Made by a program: the position numbers and the translations under genes. Positions 23,020 through 24,000 of a DNA stretch of 24,000 bases are shown here, piece after piece. The number at the start of each line of letters is the position of its first letter. Position 1 is the stretch's first letter. The notes under the pieces were generated by a model. It made no database searches, was not told the origin of the DNA, and saw only the letters and a list, made by a program, of their open reading frames with translations. The stretch comes from DHVE2 group archaeon (lineage in GTDB: Archaea; Thermoplasmatota; Thermoplasmata; Thermoplasmatales; Aciduliprofundaceae), in assembly GCA_026993785.1 (NCBI GenBank), contig JALWRZ010000001.1, positions 17,559-41,558 of the forward strand. Direction: 5' to 3'.

Positions 23020-23891
23020 TTTTTCCATGCTCTTGGGTATCTGCCTCGTTCCATTATAACCCTTTCGGGTATGGCTACTACATCCTCTTGAAGCACAGTG
23101 CGAGAGAGCGAGATAAGCTCGCCCTTCTTAGTGAATACTGCCACATAATCGCCCTTATTAAATTTATCGCTTTCCAGCACACCAGTTTTATAGAGGGGCG
23201 CACCATGAGCCAGAGCATCTACCGCACTATCTTTGACTGTTATCTTGGGAAGAAAGGATAGAATATCCTCTCCGGGCCTTATTATCTCGCGAATATAGCT
23301 CTCATCACCATCCTCTTTCCAGAACACATAGGCATCCAGGAGATCCTGAAGCGTATGCGCATCTTTCTCTGTGTAATGCCCGGTGGCAATTCTTCTTAGT
23401 TCCTCCATATGGGCACCGGAGCAAAGAGCCTCTCCCATATCCACGCATAGAGTTCTTATATATGTGCCTGATTCCACCTTGGCCCGAAAGAGAACATTGC
23501 GACCTAACATCTCCATAAATTCAAGCTCGTATACTCTTCTTTTTCTCAGTTTTCGGGCCACTGCAGAACGAAGTGGCGGTATCTGGTATATTTCCCCCAC
23601 AAATTCTTTCATAATTCTCCTAACCTTATCCTCACTCAAATCTTTATGAAGATGCATGACACCTATGTACTCCTTGGGTGTTAGATGCAGAACATTTATT
23701 ATTCTTGTAGCTTTATTAAGCGCAACAGGCAGTACGCCGGTGACCTTTGGATCCAGCGTGCCAGCGTGTCCCGTTTTCTTCACATGTAGTATATCTCGAA
23801 CCCAAGCGCTTACCTGATGACTGGTAGGACCCTTGGGCTTATCTATTATTACGACTCCAAAATTGAGAAGCTCCTCAATGCTTCTTTCCAC
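23010..23891 (-). CDS. cbf5: tRNA/rRNA pseudouridine synthase Cbf5 (H/ACA RNP catalytic subunit, TruB family) with a PUA domain
   Basis: GVVIIDKPKGPTSHQVSAWV, GHAGTLDPKVTGVLPVAL (catalytic Asp), ESGTYIRTLCVDMGEAL, and a C-terminal PUA domain (ITVKDSAVDALAHGAPLY). The start is GTG, because there is no in-frame ATG before the conserved DKP motif and an in-frame TAA lies 2 codons upstream. Confidence 0.9.
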   Translation of the reverse strand: MERSIEELLNFGVVIIDKPKGPTSHQVSAWVRDILHVKKTGHAGTLDPKVTGVLPVALNKATRIINVLHLTPKEYIGVMHLHKDLSEDKVRRIMKEFVGEIYQIPPLRSAVARKLRKRRVYELEFMEMLGRNVLFRAKVESGTYIRTLCVDMGEALCSGAHMEELRRIATGHYTEKDAHTLQDLLDAYVFWKEDGDESYIREIIRPGEDILSFLPKITVKDSAVDALAHGAPLYKTGVLESDKFNKGDYVAVFTKKGELISLSRTVLQEDVVAIPERVIMERGRYPRAWKKGP

Positions 23892-24000
23892 CTTTTACAC
23901 CTCGCAGAATATGCTCTACCACCTCTTCAGGGGTGAGCTTATCGCTGTGTATAATCACATCATAGATGCTCAGATCACCGAAATCTATACCGTAAATCTC
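23875..24000 (-). CDS. cmk: Cytidylate kinase (archaeal type), C-terminal 41 codons only; the 5' end lies outside the window
   Basis: My own translation gives EIYGIDFGDLSIYDVIIHSDKLTPEEVVEHILRGVKGGKKH*. It resembles the archaeal Cmk C-terminus (YGIDI.D.SIYDLVI.T). The usual cmk...cbf5 neighbourhood supports the call. It overlaps the cbf5 start by 17 nt. Confidence 0.6.
   Translation of the reverse strand, partial: EIYGIDFGDLSIYDVIIHSDKLTPEEVVEHILRGVKGGKKH

Noticed and set aside
1-24000. Mobile elements, prophage, integrase or transposase genes, target-site duplications at the tRNA, toxin-antitoxin pairs, restriction-modification or other defence islands
   Set aside because: None of the ORFs shows the relevant motifs (DDE or tyrosine recombinase, PIN, HEPN, methyltransferase and so on). 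The tRNA-Arg 3' half is not duplicated elsewhere in the window. Composition is fairly uniform apart from the 9115-9470 element.

Overview
The window reads as core chromosome of an archaeon, euryarchaeote-like, moderately AT-rich and probably a thermophile. The organism call is inference from gene content: Rpo7/RpoE', Spt4, S24e, S27ae, Sec61beta, Elp3, Cbf5, archaeal GHMP-type shikimate kinase, and TATA/BRE-type promoters. Gene layout, left to right:
- Minus strand: a tightly overlapping aro operon in exact pathway order (wHTH regulator, DAHP synthase, aroB, aroD, aroE, archaeal aroK, aroA), which runs off the left edge.
- Plus strand: a divergent MATE efflux gene.
- Minus strand: Elp3.
- A GC-rich, repeat-packed and dyad-packed spacer of about 350 bp.
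- Plus strand: the conserved archaeal cluster rpoE'-spt4-DUF359 (dephospho-CoA kinase)-rps24e-rps27ae.
- Plus strand: a Q/Y/P-rich membrane protein, an alpha/beta hydrolase, and two orphan membrane or secreted ORFs.
- Minus strand: a run of MFS transporter, Sec61beta, Mpg-type glycosylase, CMD/AhpD-like protein and HD hydrolase.
- Plus strand: a 1004-aa heavily sequon-decorated surface protein (PKD/CARDB domains).
- Minus strand: argS, a HAD phosphatase, tRNA-Arg(UCG), cbf5 and the 3' end of cmk.

I found no CRISPR array, cas genes, transposase, integrase or recognisable defence or toxin-antitoxin module. The window is mostly housekeeping.

The item I consider most worth follow-up is the unexplained structured GC-rich element between the divergent elp3 and rpoE promoters (9115-9470). 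Secondary items:
- an uncharacterised wHTH protein translationally coupled to the head of the aro operon;
- a nested 22-bp palindrome upstream of the HAD-argS unit;
- a tRNA whose 5' end overlaps the cbf5 stop;
- a short GTG-initiated Cbf5;
- two real small genes missing from the ORF track (S27ae, Sec61beta).

Several ORF-track starts are TTG/GTG over-extensions, and I have adjusted them where promoter or SD evidence allowed.
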